From the NCBI RefSeq assembly GCF_009914755.1, contig NC_060937.1: a DNA stretch of 64,000 nt; one strand, 5' to 3'. The stretch comes from the human T2T-CHM13v2.0 reference genome, Homo sapiens. The position numbers and the translations under genes are program-made. This document shows, in pieces, positions 27,431 to 42,237 of the stretch. A model generated the notes under the pieces. That model did no database searches. It worked only from the letters and a program-made list of their open reading frames with translations, and was not told the DNA's origin. Position 1 is the first letter of the stretch; every line of letters starts with the position of its first letter.

Positions 27431-29085
27431 GAGACTTAGGGGTGTGCAAATGTGGCTCCTGCCACACAGCCTCTAATGCATCAGCCACCATCTCAGAAGT
27501 CAATTCAGACATTTCTCACGTGTTCTGAGAAACATGGGGAAGAGCCCATACCAAGGTACTCACATAAAGACTGTAGTTTACGGGTGACTAAGGTTCAGCT
27601 TTGGAAGACCAAGGGGAACCCACAGTACCATAGTTAAAAGAAGACTCAGCAGGAATAAGTGTGGGCTTTCCTGAGATATGGCCCAAAGCCAAAACCACTG
27701 CATGCTCAGAATGTTTGCTCAGTGTGCTGGGAGCATCTTGGGGCTATGAGAACAAATTTCTCTTTGATAATGACATATTAAAATAGACATCCCTCAATGT
27801 TCTTTGTAGTCAAAAGATAGATGGCCTTTGAGACAGTTGTCACTAGTGAAATAGATTTTGTCATTATCAGAGGAAGCCGGGCCATACTGCATACCACAAT
27901 TAACTTGAATAACCTTTTCAGTTTTTTTTTTTTTTCTTAATTAGGGTTTACAGCACAAGAATATCTCTTATAAGAGGGAGGATTTTTTTTAACTAAGAAA
28001 TTTTTTAAAATTTTTTATTTTGGCTGCAAAAAAATCAAGCTGTACATTTGTGTTTTCAAAGCCATCCTCCTTTTGAAAACCACAAAGCCAAGTGCATGCT
28101 ATATAAAGATGTTATATTGTAGCTGAACTTCATGTTAACTGTCATTAATCTGTGACTTCCAAGCAAGAAACTAAAGTTTTTAAAGGGTCTTCAAGTGAAG
28201 TATGTCCAAAAGTAACAACAGAAAATATCATTTTAAGATGCCGGGTGGTTTCAGACTCTCAACACTGACCTTTTACCTTCAAGGCTGTGTCTTGCATTAC
28301 ATCCACTTCTCCTTAAGGCTACAGTAAACCTGTCAAGTCAGATTGCTGTTTGAGTTGAAACTAACAGGAACAAGCGGAAGAGTTTTACCCAAGTGATTAG
28401 TGGATTTCAGACTGCTTGTCAAAACCACTTGGTGTTACGAGAGTTGGCATAACCCCATAAGGCGTTTCTTAAACATGCCTTTATTTGGTTCATTTTCAAT
28501 TTCTTCCCATAACTGCCACACAACCATATTTGACGGAAAAGGAACTTCAATTTCATGTTTGGAACTTTAACCTCAATTAAATGCAAAGTAGGAAATGCAA
28601 AATATTTTTAAAAGAGACACTTATATTGGCTGTTATATTGGCTAATTTGTTTCTGGATTTAGTCAGATGCATGGTAATATGTCCTATCAATGATGGAATA
28701 AATATCTCTGCTGGAATAAATATATTTGTTGGCTTCTACCATTCTATAACAAATGATGTCAAAATGTGGGTTTTTTTTAACACATTGATACCATTCTCTT
28801 TGGGCCTCATGTATGAATCTACAGGGAGAAAGGAAATTACTAAGGCTGCTAGGACTGTAGGGAAGATGGAATGGGGTGAAAGAATAGAGAGATTTGGGGC
28901 CAGTTCCATGGAATACTGTCATCTCTGAGAAACTCTACAGTATTGAGAAAATCCCCCCTCATCTGTAAATTTGCTAGGGCTCCTCCACACACCCAGACCT
29001 TAGTCAAAAGCTGCATACTTTAACATAACCTCCACTCCCTGCCAAGCATCATCAAGTTCTCACCTTTAAGAAGGGGAGCTATAAC

Positions 29086-29455
29086 GGTATTAGCCTGCTA
29101 GGGCTGCTATAACAAAATACCACAAACTGGGTGGCTTAAACAACAGACATTTATTATAATTCTAGAGACCAGAAGTCCAAGATCAAGGTTCTGGCCAATT
29201 CAGTTTCTGGGAAGGGTTCTCCACCTGACTTGCAAACAGCAGTCTTCTCTCTGTGTCCTCACGTGGCAGAGAGAGAGTGAGCTCTCTGGTGTCTCTTCTT
29301 ATAACAGTGCCAGCTCTATTGAATTAGGAACCCACCCTTATGATCTCATATAACTTTAATTGCCTCCCTGAAGGCCCTATCTCCAAATACAGTCAGATTG
29401 AGGATTAGAGCTTCAACATGTGCCTCTTTAGGGGGATACAATTCAGCCCGTAACA
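29086..29455 (-). mobile_element. MLT1A0-like solo MaLR LTR
   Basis: GCTGCTATAACAAAATACCACAAACTGGGTGGCTTAAACAACAG...AGAAGTCCAAGATCAAGG, with a perfect 5-bp TSD ATAAC (29081-29085 / 29456-29460). Confidence 0.92.
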
Positions 29456-29786
29456 ATAACTAAGAACAAAAGATAGTATCTGTATTTTGGCAACTTACTA
29501 TTATGCATCTAGTCTGTAAATGTTTTTCTGTCACCCACAACAAATATACATTTAGCATCAAAATAATGAATAAACAATTTTACCAAGAAACGTAACACTT
29601 TAGCAGTGTTAAAAAAAGCTCTATGCCCTGAAGGCCAAATATTTGTAGCTAATGTTTAGCATGTTAAATGTTGACTTGTTTTTAGAATGTTGCTTTTTAT
29701 GCAGATGTCTTTGCAAGAAAAATAATGTTTTGATTTTAATTGTACCCTATAAAATACTAACCATTGTTATATAGCATGACATGTAG

Positions 29787-29828
29787 CACTGATCAAATTA
29801 TATTTCCCACTGATCAAATTATATTTCC
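29787..29828. repeat. Perfect 21-bp tandem duplication
   Basis: CACTGATCAAATTATATTTCC occurs twice in tandem. Confidence 0.95.
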
Positions 29829-31169
29829 CAAAACATAATAAATACAAACAGGTGTTTCAGCTGTTAAGTACTTTTTTTTCTGTTGCCATAATTACAAAGA
29901 AATTTCATCCTAGATCTAACAGCTTAGACTCACAACCTATAAGATGGTGGTCACAGGTTGTATATAATGAAAAGGTAATAAAGACACAGGTGAAAGTCCT
30001 AATGCAGGTAATGGATTGAAAAGCAGATAAAAGCTCTAATTCAGCCTCTCTGAGCCTTAGTTTTTCTTTTTATGAATAAGTAACTTGGGCTAGGTGATCT
30101 TTTAGGACCATTACAGGAATAACCATTCTCTCATCCTAAGAAACGAACTAGGAAGATGATTTGGTAAAATTAGCAAACAGATCTCACTTGGAAAAAAGTA
30201 ATGAAAATAAGGTCAAATTTCAAGTTATATTAGTGGGAAACAGTCTTCGGATTGTAAGATTATGAACCAGCCTCCCACATGAAATAATATAAGCTGGATT
30301 TTAGAAGATATTTTAGATGAAACAAAATCTCAGGCTGTGTCCGTTCTGCCACATGAAATAAACTTGGTGACCCCATCCAGCCTTTTTCCATCTCTGATTG
30401 CAATGCATCTGTAATTGAAAAATGTCTTTAGGGAAGTGTACTGTTGAACAGCCTTCTGCCTGAACAACATCATCCTAACACACATCTCATAAGAGATTTC
30501 ACTGCTCTGACAAGTTACACATCCTAAGTGAAAAACCACAGTGATATTGTTGCTGTTTGCTCAACCCCCTGCCGGAGCTGGGATTCACACCCTGAAGCTG
30601 TATTTCATGAGTGAATTCAGATTAAATCTTTGTTCTCTTTCCATCGTATGGCACAGCTGCCTTAAAATTCACCACCACCGACAGACAGAGGACTTCCTCG
30701 AGATAATGACCCACAGGAAATTTCTTTCATGAATCAGACAAGCCAGTAGAACCAATCCACCATGGAGAGTTTAGGGCAATGGCATGCCAGGTTGGCATTA
30801 TAATCTCATTTGCCACATGCTTGTTGAAAAGCCTTTGTGCTGGAAGCTACATTAGACATTTGGGAAGGAGTACCACATTATGCACTTCATCCCGTGTTTG
30901 TGAAGAACTTTACTAGGCCTAATATCCTAGCTAAAATCTGCCTTATCTTTCCTTCACGACAGAGAGAAAAGATGGGAAAGTCAAAATATAAATATATTGC
31001 TGAGTCATTGACTCTTTTTATTAGTTAATTTGCTAAATTGACCTTGACTCAGCTTCTCTGGATTAGGGTTAAAATGCCTTGTCATCATTTTTGGATCTCT
31101 ACATCCTGGAATTGTATGGCAGAATGAAAAGAGGTAGACTAGCCTGCATAACCAGCTGCTTGCACCTCC

Positions 31170-31490
31170 CCATCTTTAGTCACACAATTCCTATGAGCTT
31201 CAGTTTCCTCATCTGTAAATTTGGAACAATAACATTCACTCCACGGAGTGATGATGAGGTTTCTGGTGGGCAAGGTAACACAGTGCTTTGGCTTGCATCC
31301 TTCTCTACCACTTGTTAACTGGGACACTCTGCTGTGTTTCCTTATCTGTAAAACAGGGATGACTTTTTTAAAGCAGTTCTTTTTCATAGAGTTGTTTGAG
31401 GATTAAATGGGTAGACAATATATGTGAAGTATTCTGAACAGTGCTTGGTTCATGGCAAGCCCTCAATAAATGCTACCTCTTATTGGTTGA
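31170..31490 (+). mobile_element. Two adjacent MIR fragments
   Basis: CAGTTTCCTCATCTGTAAA (about 31201) and TTCCTTATCTGTAAAACAGGG...GAGGATTAAATG...CTCAATAAATGC. Confidence 0.75.
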
Positions 31491-31610
31491 TAGAATGCAC
31501 CTGTGCTCAATTAATGTTCCCTTCCTCTCCCCTTTTTCTCCTTCATTTGCCCTCCTTGACCACACACAGAAACTGGAAGGCAGAGTTTCTCGTGTGTTAA
31601 AAATATTCCA

Positions 31611-32004
<394 letters not shown>

Positions 32005-33404
32005 CTAAAATAATATGCTGGCTAACTTCAAGGTATTTTAGGTCTATCTCTAACACCAGCCAAGTGACTGGCATTTGTAAGGTGTGGGTCCTGTATAGAG
32101 CACATGAGGATATGTAACAAAGAATTATTTTCAAATCTGTTAGCAACTCAGAGTTCATGCCCTATTGCCAATGGCTGTGGAGCTTCATTTTCAACATATG
32201 CAGGACAGTAAATCTGCATATTATAGAGGAGACTGTGTTGGAAGAAGAGGCTTGGAATGGTAGTCTATCTTCTTTGTATTCAGTTCAACTAGCTGAAGTC
32301 TATTTTAATGGTGTCTCTATTCAAATAAAAGTGTGATGGTGGAGAAAAGAGAGGCTAAGCAACATGGCAGGAATAAAAAAAGACTTTAGGGACATGATAG
32401 TTTGCATGGTTGGAGAAAAATTAACTCAATAGATGTTTGAGTTGGCAGATTTGCTAATGTCCTACAGCATTCTTTGTATAGGTGTAGGAGATTATTTGCA
32501 TTGCTTGGAATTGAAGACTAACAAAGTTGAAATGCTTTTTGAGGTATTATTGTGTCAGTGACAAATGCCAAAATTAGTGGCCACACTGGGTTTGAACCAC
32601 ATGGTGGTGATGTCAGAGGAGAGCGGAGTCCAAGTGGGATGACCAGGGCTTCAATAAAGCCTGGGGTCCCAGTAATGCCAGGAAACAGGCAGCGCAAAAG
32701 GCAGAAGCACTTGGCAGTTGACTGATTCTGTTGCAGGACCTAACAAAGTGATTAACATCAAGTAAATGAAGATGCTCCTTGGAAAACTGTAACATTATCA
32801 AGGCTGTCAGGGAGGCTGCATGAAGTTAGCACACTGAAACGTGCCCCTCCTGGTTCACTTCCTCAGACAGAATGTTCTGGCTTTGGGTTTTGCTATCAGA
32901 TGTGATTTGATCTCCAGGCCTCTCACAGGGACAGAGATATCAAGAAGTCAGGGGGTCTGACAGTGATGCATTAGGCAATAGGATGCTGAGGCTGATTATG
33001 ATGCAGGTGACAGAAATGAATCACCTCCTGAATATGCTGACATTGGCGCTGCGGGAGGAGACAGAGCCAGCGCTCTTGTGATGTCAATAACGAAAAACAG
33101 GAAGACAACTCTGCCTGGAACCGTATGTGCCTGAAACTGGGATGCTTAATGTTAGAGGTAACTTGACGATCCAGGCCACTATTATACAGAAAACAAAACA
33201 CACACCAAAAAATATATATATCTTAACACCTTTGGGGAATACTATTTATGTATTGCCTCTTCTTTTTCACTTTTCCGATCTTATGAGGTATAAATTATGA
33301 TAAAATTAACAAATATATGTCATGATCACCTAAATACTTGCATTTGGAAGCATATAATAAGCATCAGCTGATCAATAAAATCATCATTAAGATGTCTACA
33401 TAGC

Positions 33405-33816
<412 letters not shown>

Positions 33817-34030
33817 CTAGTTTTCTTCAAATGAATTAATGTCCTATCTTTACTCCTCAAATGGATCATAAATTCCTGCAAAACAGGGGCCATTCTAACT
33901 TAAAATCCTTTGTAAATTCTCAGTGTTTCCAGCCCACAGTCCTTTGCATGTTTTAGCATATCAAGAACTAAATGAAATCATATTGATGTATTTCACTAAA
34001 TAAAAAGATGTGTAAGTTCTCTAAGATGCT

Positions 34031-34391
34031 TGTGGTACTCTGTTCTCATGCTGCTGATAAAGACATACCTGAGACTGGGTTATTTATAAAGAAAAAGAGG
34101 TTTAATGGACTCACAGTTCCACACGGCTGGGGAAGTCTCACAAACATGGTGAAAGGCAAAAGGCATGTCCTACATGGTGGCAGACAAGAAAGAATGAGAG
34201 CCAAGTGAAAAGGGAAACGCCTTATAAAACCATCAGATCTCGTGAGACTTATTCACTACCAAGAGAACAGTATGGGGGAAACAGCCCCCATGATTCAATT
34301 ATCTCCCACCGGGTCCCTCCCACAACATGTGGCGATTATGGGAGCTACAATTCAAGATGAGATTGGGTGGAGACACAGCTGAACCATATCA
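34031..34391 (-). mobile_element. THE1 (THE1B/C-like) solo MaLR LTR
   Basis: GCTGCTGATAAAGACATACCTGAGACTGGG...CCATCAGATCTCGTGAGACTTATTCACTA...ACCATATCA. Confidence 0.93.
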
Positions 34392-34755
34392 GTGCAAGAA
34401 AAAGTATGGGTTGTTTAGATAAGGTAATGCTAGAACCTTGAGAAATGTTTGATGTCAGTAACTGGGGAAGTGGGTTAGGTGATGGAGACATCTGTTCAGA
34501 ATGGCCCCTCAGAGGGATGGGATGGTATTTACGAAGGTGAAGTCAGCAGAGCCCGGGAGTAGGTGAGGAGGAGCCTGGTAAGGCCAAAAGTGTGAGGCCC
34601 CTTCGAAGGCCCTAAGAACATGGTTCATTTTCTAGTGCAATAGGAAATCAAACTAGAACTCTCCATGAAAGGTAGAAAATTTAATCCTGTTTTCAACACC
34701 TCTGGGCTGATAGCATTAGAGAAAAATCACCAGATTCCTTGATCAGATTATTCTT

Positions 34756-34952
34756 TTTGAGCAATTGTAATTTCAAATGCCCCAAAAGTGATAGATTAAA
34801 AAGGTTTTATAGTTTTATAAATATGACTCACTTATGTTTTATTATTATTTCACTTATAGTGAGTCTTATATTTAGTGAGTCTTATATTTATAAAACTATA
34901 AAACCTTTTTAATCTATCACTTTTGGGGCATTTGAAATTACAATTGCTCAAA
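34756..34952. repeat. Perfect 69-bp inverted repeat with 59-nt spacer
   Basis: 34756-34824 is the exact reverse complement of 34884-34952, checked base by base. Confidence 0.96.
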
Positions 34953-35454
34953 GTAGGGCCTATATTTATAGAACTAGAATTTGTATTGTTACCTTTAAAA
35001 AAAAATACTGACCCAGGTTTTACTAGATTATATGTATCCTGTAAAATCAAAGAAAATAACCATGAAAATTCCAAAGAAAAACTTATATATATAATTATTG
35101 TGAGTAGAATCACTGAACGAATACATTTATATTGGTTCTGGAAAGCAATGAGAAGCTTTACACAATTACATTATCTCAAATTATAACTTTCTGTTGTTTT
35201 TCAGAGTTTGTAAAAAATAAATGATGTGTCATATTTAATCTTCTTTGTCCTTAGATTCACCATAATAAATATTAAGGTAGTGCATTTATTATAGGGCTTT
35301 TCACTTGAAAGACAATACCCATTAATTTTAAACCTTATGTTGGCAGTCCCTCCAACACAGTATTAGAATACTTCTGTCTCTATTCTACATTATGTTTATT
35401 GGGACTGGGGAGGCTAACATCACAATTACTTTCAATCTCAGGAATCAGATTCTT

Positions 35455-35650
35455 CTTTACTTCGAAAATTCTCAACTACTATTAAATCTGTACGTTTCTT
35501 CTCTGCTATCTTCTCCATTGTTTCTTCTGGGAATTCTATCAAATACATGTTGGAGCCTCCCAATCCTTACTGCATGTCTGATAACTATTCTTTCATATTT
35601 TCTGTTGCTTCATCTCTATGGCTTTTTATTTTTCTTGTATTATAGTTTTT
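35455..35650 (-). mobile_element. Very old L1M/HAL1-like fragment
   Basis: GAAAATTCTCAACTACTATT...TTCTGGGAATTCTATCAAATACATGTTGG resembles an antisense ancient L1 ORF1 region. Confidence 0.4.
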
Positions 35651-37607
35651 CTGTCACTGGTGTATCTGGAACCAGAGATGGGATGAATTCACTCAGTCAT
35701 TTTCACCAAAAGTCTCAGCAAAACTACTATATGTTTACCTACTTTATTGTTTAAACATATAACTTTGAAGGAATATCCAATAAATTTACACTTCCCAAGG
35801 CACTGAAGAAAATCATTGCTTTGGGTTTTTATTTCTCCTTTTCTAGAAAGGGATAGATTTAAACAACATCTCAAATAAAAAAAGAGAACAAAGAGTCAAA
35901 AAGCAACTTCAAATCCTTCTATATACAAAATTCCAGCTTTCTGTAATACATAAATACTTTAAGCTGATAAACAAAAAGGGTAGCTACTCAGTTTAAACCA
36001 AAAACAAGTGTGGATAAAAATGTACCTAATCCTCCAGAGAATCAGGGCAGTGCCTAAGAATTATGTGCATTCCACACAATGGGAAATGAATATATTTTCC
36101 ACATTTTAGAGCTTTAAGATGTGACTGCTTTAGTATGCCAGCCAACGCCTACAAAAGTGTGACAACAAAATACATAAATCAATAAACCATTCCTCTATAT
36201 ACCACATACTTAATCCATTTTGAAGTGGGAGTATTTCACTGTAATAAAAATACGGAGGTATTTTCTTCAATCACTATTCTAATTAGTTCAGGCTTACCTT
36301 CTTTTATGGCTCTGTGAAATATCACCAACACATACAATAGTTATGGAAACAATACATCCCATAGATTTGAACTTATAAAAGCCTTGCATGTGAAATTTGT
36401 TTCTCAGACAAATGTGAAATTCAGTACCTTTACTGGTTGCACTACATGAGCAGGTTGGAAAAGAAGGTTTTAAAATTCTGTCACTAGAATTAATCATATT
36501 CCAATTTTGTATCCTTCACTTCTATAAGCAACCGTATAGAACTCAGTCAGCCTTGTTCAGCATTATATTTTCAATGTGTATATTCAATGAATCTTTCTTT
36601 AATAAACATTTATCTCTTAGAAAACACTTTTCTCAATGTATGAGCCACAACATAACTTAATAAACTAAGAACACAAAAGGTATAAATTAAAAATTCAAAC
36701 CTGACATAGTTTAAATTCAATATTCTTAACCCTGGATCAATCAAATAATAATCTTTTTCATGATAAGAATGAATATTTGGTGACCACAAATAATAGGAAG
36801 ACATATGTAATGTGATATAAAAACATTTTATCGTGTGCCAAAAGCATCTGTTGCCTGTAAAAATATGTGCTTCCTTGATGCTTATCTGCATTTGGTTTAT
36901 TCTTTTGAGCTTCTATTTGGTTCTCTAATTTTACCTACACCGTTTCTTAGTCACTGCTAATCAGATTCCAACAAACAGGAGTACAGAAAAATCAAGGGAC
37001 TTAAGGTTGCACTTGAGGTCTCCAGGCATGTGTCTTTGTATTTGTGAACATCTAGCCCATCTTATTATAGCAAATCTCAAATGGTCATTACGTTTCTTGT
37101 GTATTTTTGCAGCCAGTATTGACAGGAGTCAACTTAGAGTTTGTCTGTTTATTTGATGTTTATCTTGTTTAAGAAAATAAGAAGCAAAAACACCAAGAGG
37201 CCTATTTGTTAGGGAAGCTTTCCTCTACCAGGTTAGAGCAGGTGAAGGATCCTAGAAAAATTTCCAAGCCTCTTTTATTTCTCTCCTCACCAAAGCACAA
37301 CTAGAGCAGCTTGGGAAAGTTTATGTCCTGCCTTGCAAAGCAGAGATGTACCTGAACAAATTTCAATCTATTCCACCAGGAGTTTGTGATTGTTCTTTCA
37401 GATGGCATCTTCTAAGTCTCATCTTAAGTTTGCCATTTAGCTCTCCATGCTTTGTGACTTCATTTTCTTTTTTGAGAGCAGGGAGAATACGTTCACTTTT
37501 CTTTCATTAAAGAGTATTTCAACTGTAAATGATAAATGGCTTTCAGGATCCTGAATATAAAGAGCTATATGAAAACACGGCTAAACTAAACCATGAGTTA
37601 TCTGGAA

Positions 37608-37816
37608 CACTGGTTTTCAACTGGGACTGATTTTGCCCATCAGAGACGTTTGGCAGTGCCTGGAGACATTACTGATCCTCACATTTGTGTGTAGGGTGCT
37701 GCTGGCATCTAGTTGGTAGGGGCCAAACATGCTACAAAACCTCCAAAGCAAAGGACAGAGCAGACAAAGATTCATCAGGCCCCAAATTTCGATAGGGCTG
37801 AGGTTGAGAAACCCTG
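37608..37816 (+). mobile_element. MER20 hAT-Charlie MITE
   Basis: CACTGGTTTTCAAC...GATTTTGCCC...TGGAGACATT...CTGGCATCTAG...GAGGTTGAGAAACCCTG. Confidence 0.9.
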
Positions 37817-38204
37817 ACCTAGAGTTTGTCAAGAACATTTCACAATCCAAATCTTAATCCTTCTTAAGCTCCCTGGAAATTTATATTTATAAAATAATGG
37901 GAAACTGAATCATACAAATAGAAAAGCTCGATCAGGAAAATGGTGCTTGGAAATGCTTTTCTATGAGAAGAAATAGATGAGAAGTGAATGAGAATATTCT
38001 ATTCTTTTGTTGTTCTTGTTTGTGTCTCTTTTTTCTTTCTCATTCTCTCTGTGTCTCTCTAGTGGATGCTATGAAAAATGTGTCCCACATTCACACTACA
38101 TGCTGCAGACCACATTATTTAATAACGGGAGTCTCAGCAGCCGTCTTCAGTAGTGTTCGTTTAATTTTCTATTAAGATTAGCATATTACTTATGGAGGGG
38201 TTTT

Positions 38205-39045
<841 letters not shown>

Positions 39046-39104
39046 ATTAGCAACCTTGGGGATTAAAATGAAAGCAAATCTTAACAAACCCATATTTCCG
39101 ATCT

Positions 39105-39245
39105 TCCCACTAGCCCTCTGAAGTAAATGTAATCGTTCCCATTTTACAAGGAAGAAACTGAGGTTCATAGGCTGTTAAGTGTCTTGTCCTGAGGTATATG
39201 GCTGGTAAATGATTCCAACTTATATCTGTTAAACTCCAAGATACA
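39105..39245 (-). mobile_element. MIR
   Basis: CCCATTTTACAAGGAAGAAACTGAGG core. Confidence 0.7.
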
Positions 39246-39444
39246 GTCACTTCTATGAAGTGGACTATGACAAGTGGCATTTGGCTTGCTCACAAGGCAA
39301 TAGATATCATCTCCAAAGAATAGAATGTATGTGCTCCTTAATTAATGCTTCTTTAATTTTCTAGAATGAATACTCTTTTTTTCCCCCTTAGGTGATGACC
39401 ATCAGCAGAACTTAGTTACAGAGTAACTGATGTGGGAATATACA

Positions 39445-39577
39445 TGATTGTGGGGAAGGAGCACAGGGCTGGGAATCTGGTGGTTTGGGTTGGAGTTCCA
39501 GCTTCCCTGCTGACCAATTACATATCCCTGGGCAAACTGTTGTTCTCTTAGGGGCTTCAACTTGCTCTTCTGTAAGC
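39445..39577 (+). mobile_element. MIR
   Basis: GGAAGGAGCACAGGGCTGGGAATC...CCCTGGGCAA...TCTGTAA. Confidence 0.55.
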
Positions 39578-39589
39578 AGAAAGCCTGAA

Positions 39590-39636
39590 TTATGTTGGTG
39601 CAAAAGTAATTGCGATTTACTTTTGCACCAACCTTA
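39590..39636. mobile_element. Internally deleted MADE1 (Hsmar1-derived MITE)
   Basis: GTTGGTGCAAAAGTAATTGCG...TTACTTTTGCACCAAC are the Hsmar1/MADE1 TIR ends. Confidence 0.88.
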
Positions 39637-39842
39637 CATTATTTTTGCACCAACTTCACATTATTTTTACAATTTATTATTTGAACGATCCCATTTGAGA
39701 TAAATTACCAGCACCTCTGAGACCCAAAGTGTTGTAGAGAACGTAAAATTTATGACATGTCTCTCCAATCCATAGAGATTAGTAGTTTTTACATACTGGT
39801 TCATTTTTCTGGCATTACTAGGAGGACATTCATTGTAGGTTG

Positions 39843-39920
39843 CATTCATTTATTCAATAAGCATTTATTGAGGAACTGCTTGGTACCAGTTAATTGGTGT
39901 GAAAAAGACATCATTCTTGC
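39843..39920 (-). mobile_element. L2 3' end
   Basis: CATTCATTTATTCAATAAGCATTTATTGAG. Confidence 0.6.
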
Positions 39921-40376
39921 GTATACAAATAATTTCAAATATTTCTGCAAAAGGCTCTAACAAACATTTTTACAAAGTGTGTTTTTGGGTAAAGCACCTA
40001 GTGGCTTAAAACCTCAGGTTCTTCATGTCTGAAGTGGGCGTAAGTGCCTATTTCAGAGTGTTGTTGACAACTAAATAAGACAAAGCATATAAAGCAGTTA
40101 GTGTATCAGTAAGCACTCCATAATGTTAGCCCTTATTATAGTTTTCAGAAGGAGGAACAGCTGGCTGCCAAGATTAGTTATGGAAAACTTTTGGAAGGAG
40201 ATGATATTTGATGTACGTCTTTAAAAAAATAAATAGAAATTCAAGGTGAAAAAGAAGGGAGAAAGAACTCCATGCAGGGAGGCCAGCGTGCACAGAGCAC
40301 TGAGAGGTGGCTGTTTAGAAACCAAAGTGCAGGGATTTGTCCTTTTTGTTCTTTCTCCTTTTCCTTTTGCTTTAGC

Positions 40377-40689
40377 GCTAGACACAGGGGCTCCCACCTG
40401 TAATCCCAACATGATGGTGGGAGGCCAAGGCAGGAGGATCACTTGAGTTTGAGACAAATGTGGGCAGCAAAGCAAGACTCCCATCTCCCAAAAAAAAAAA
40501 AAAAAAAAAAAAAAACAAGCTGGGCCTGGTGATGCTCCCAGCTACTCGAGACGCTGAAGCGGGAGGATCCCTGGATCGCTTGAGCCCAGGAGCTCAAGGC
40601 TGCTGTGAGCTATGATCGTGCTACTGCACTCCAGCCTGGGAGATGGAGCAAGACCCTATCTCTAAAAAAGCAAACAAACAGACAAAAAA
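40377..40689 (+). mobile_element. AluJ (Jo/Jr-like) with expanded central A tract
   Basis: GGCAGGAGGATCACTTGAG and GCTGTGAGCTATGATCGTG, with A26 at 40490-40515. Confidence 0.9.
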
Positions 40690-41560
40690 CTATTTTTTAT
40701 TGCTTAATATTTTATTAAGATAACATCATAATTGATATATAATATATATTCATTACATGTATTATTTGTATTTAATTTGTCTATTATGTTTAAAGTTGTA
40801 GAATAGGTATGTGTAATATTTTATTAATATTTCCCCTTTCCCATCTGCACAACACTTGTCAAATATCCCAAGATAAATGAATTTCTTTAGGATTCCCTGG
40901 CCTCTGCAGACAGTGATTTTCTTAATCTCATTTTTTCTCAAGAAGGAAGAAAAGGCAATAATGTGACTCATGTTGTTTGTTCCCTTCCAGGGCTGTATTC
41001 TCCAGTCTTGTGGCTGCCTCTAGTACTTGGTTTGGTTGTTAGAGTGAGCATTATTTAGGCATGGTTTGTAATGGTTCCCTGGAGCTATTTGTGGAAGAGC
41101 TTATGTAATAAAATACATAATTATGAACTTGTTAAAAGAGACATTATTTACTCATTTGTCCAACATGGCTCCTTTCAGTCTACCTCATAAGTAAATCTAT
41201 ATTTAGTCAGTGTCATATTGATCTGCAACCAGAGTACACTTTAATGCTCCTGCAGAAATACGCCATAAAAAAAATAGCTTGATAAGAAAAATTCACTGCG
41301 GGTCTCATCTCATTTGAAAACGGCAGAAGAAGAAAAATTATACTTTCTTTTCCATTGTTTTCCCTTTTTTTAAGACAATACCAGAAAAATGAACTGTAAT
41401 ACACAGTTCTGATAATATCACTGTAGAGAATCTCTTTATAAATGTCATGCATTTTATGAAATTTAGTGTTAGAAAATAAATGACTAAAGATTACATAATT
41501 GTTGGATCTGTGTGTGACCTTAAATGAGTGTTCATTGTACCATTTTTTCTGTAAGTTTAA

Positions 41561-42237
<677 letters not shown>

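Noticed and set aside
28581-28928. Overlapping 115-aa and 87-aa ORFs in unique DNA
   Set aside because: No recognisable homology. The composition mirrors AT-rich non-coding DNA and includes short local duplications (TTATATTGGCT, TGGAATAAATAT).
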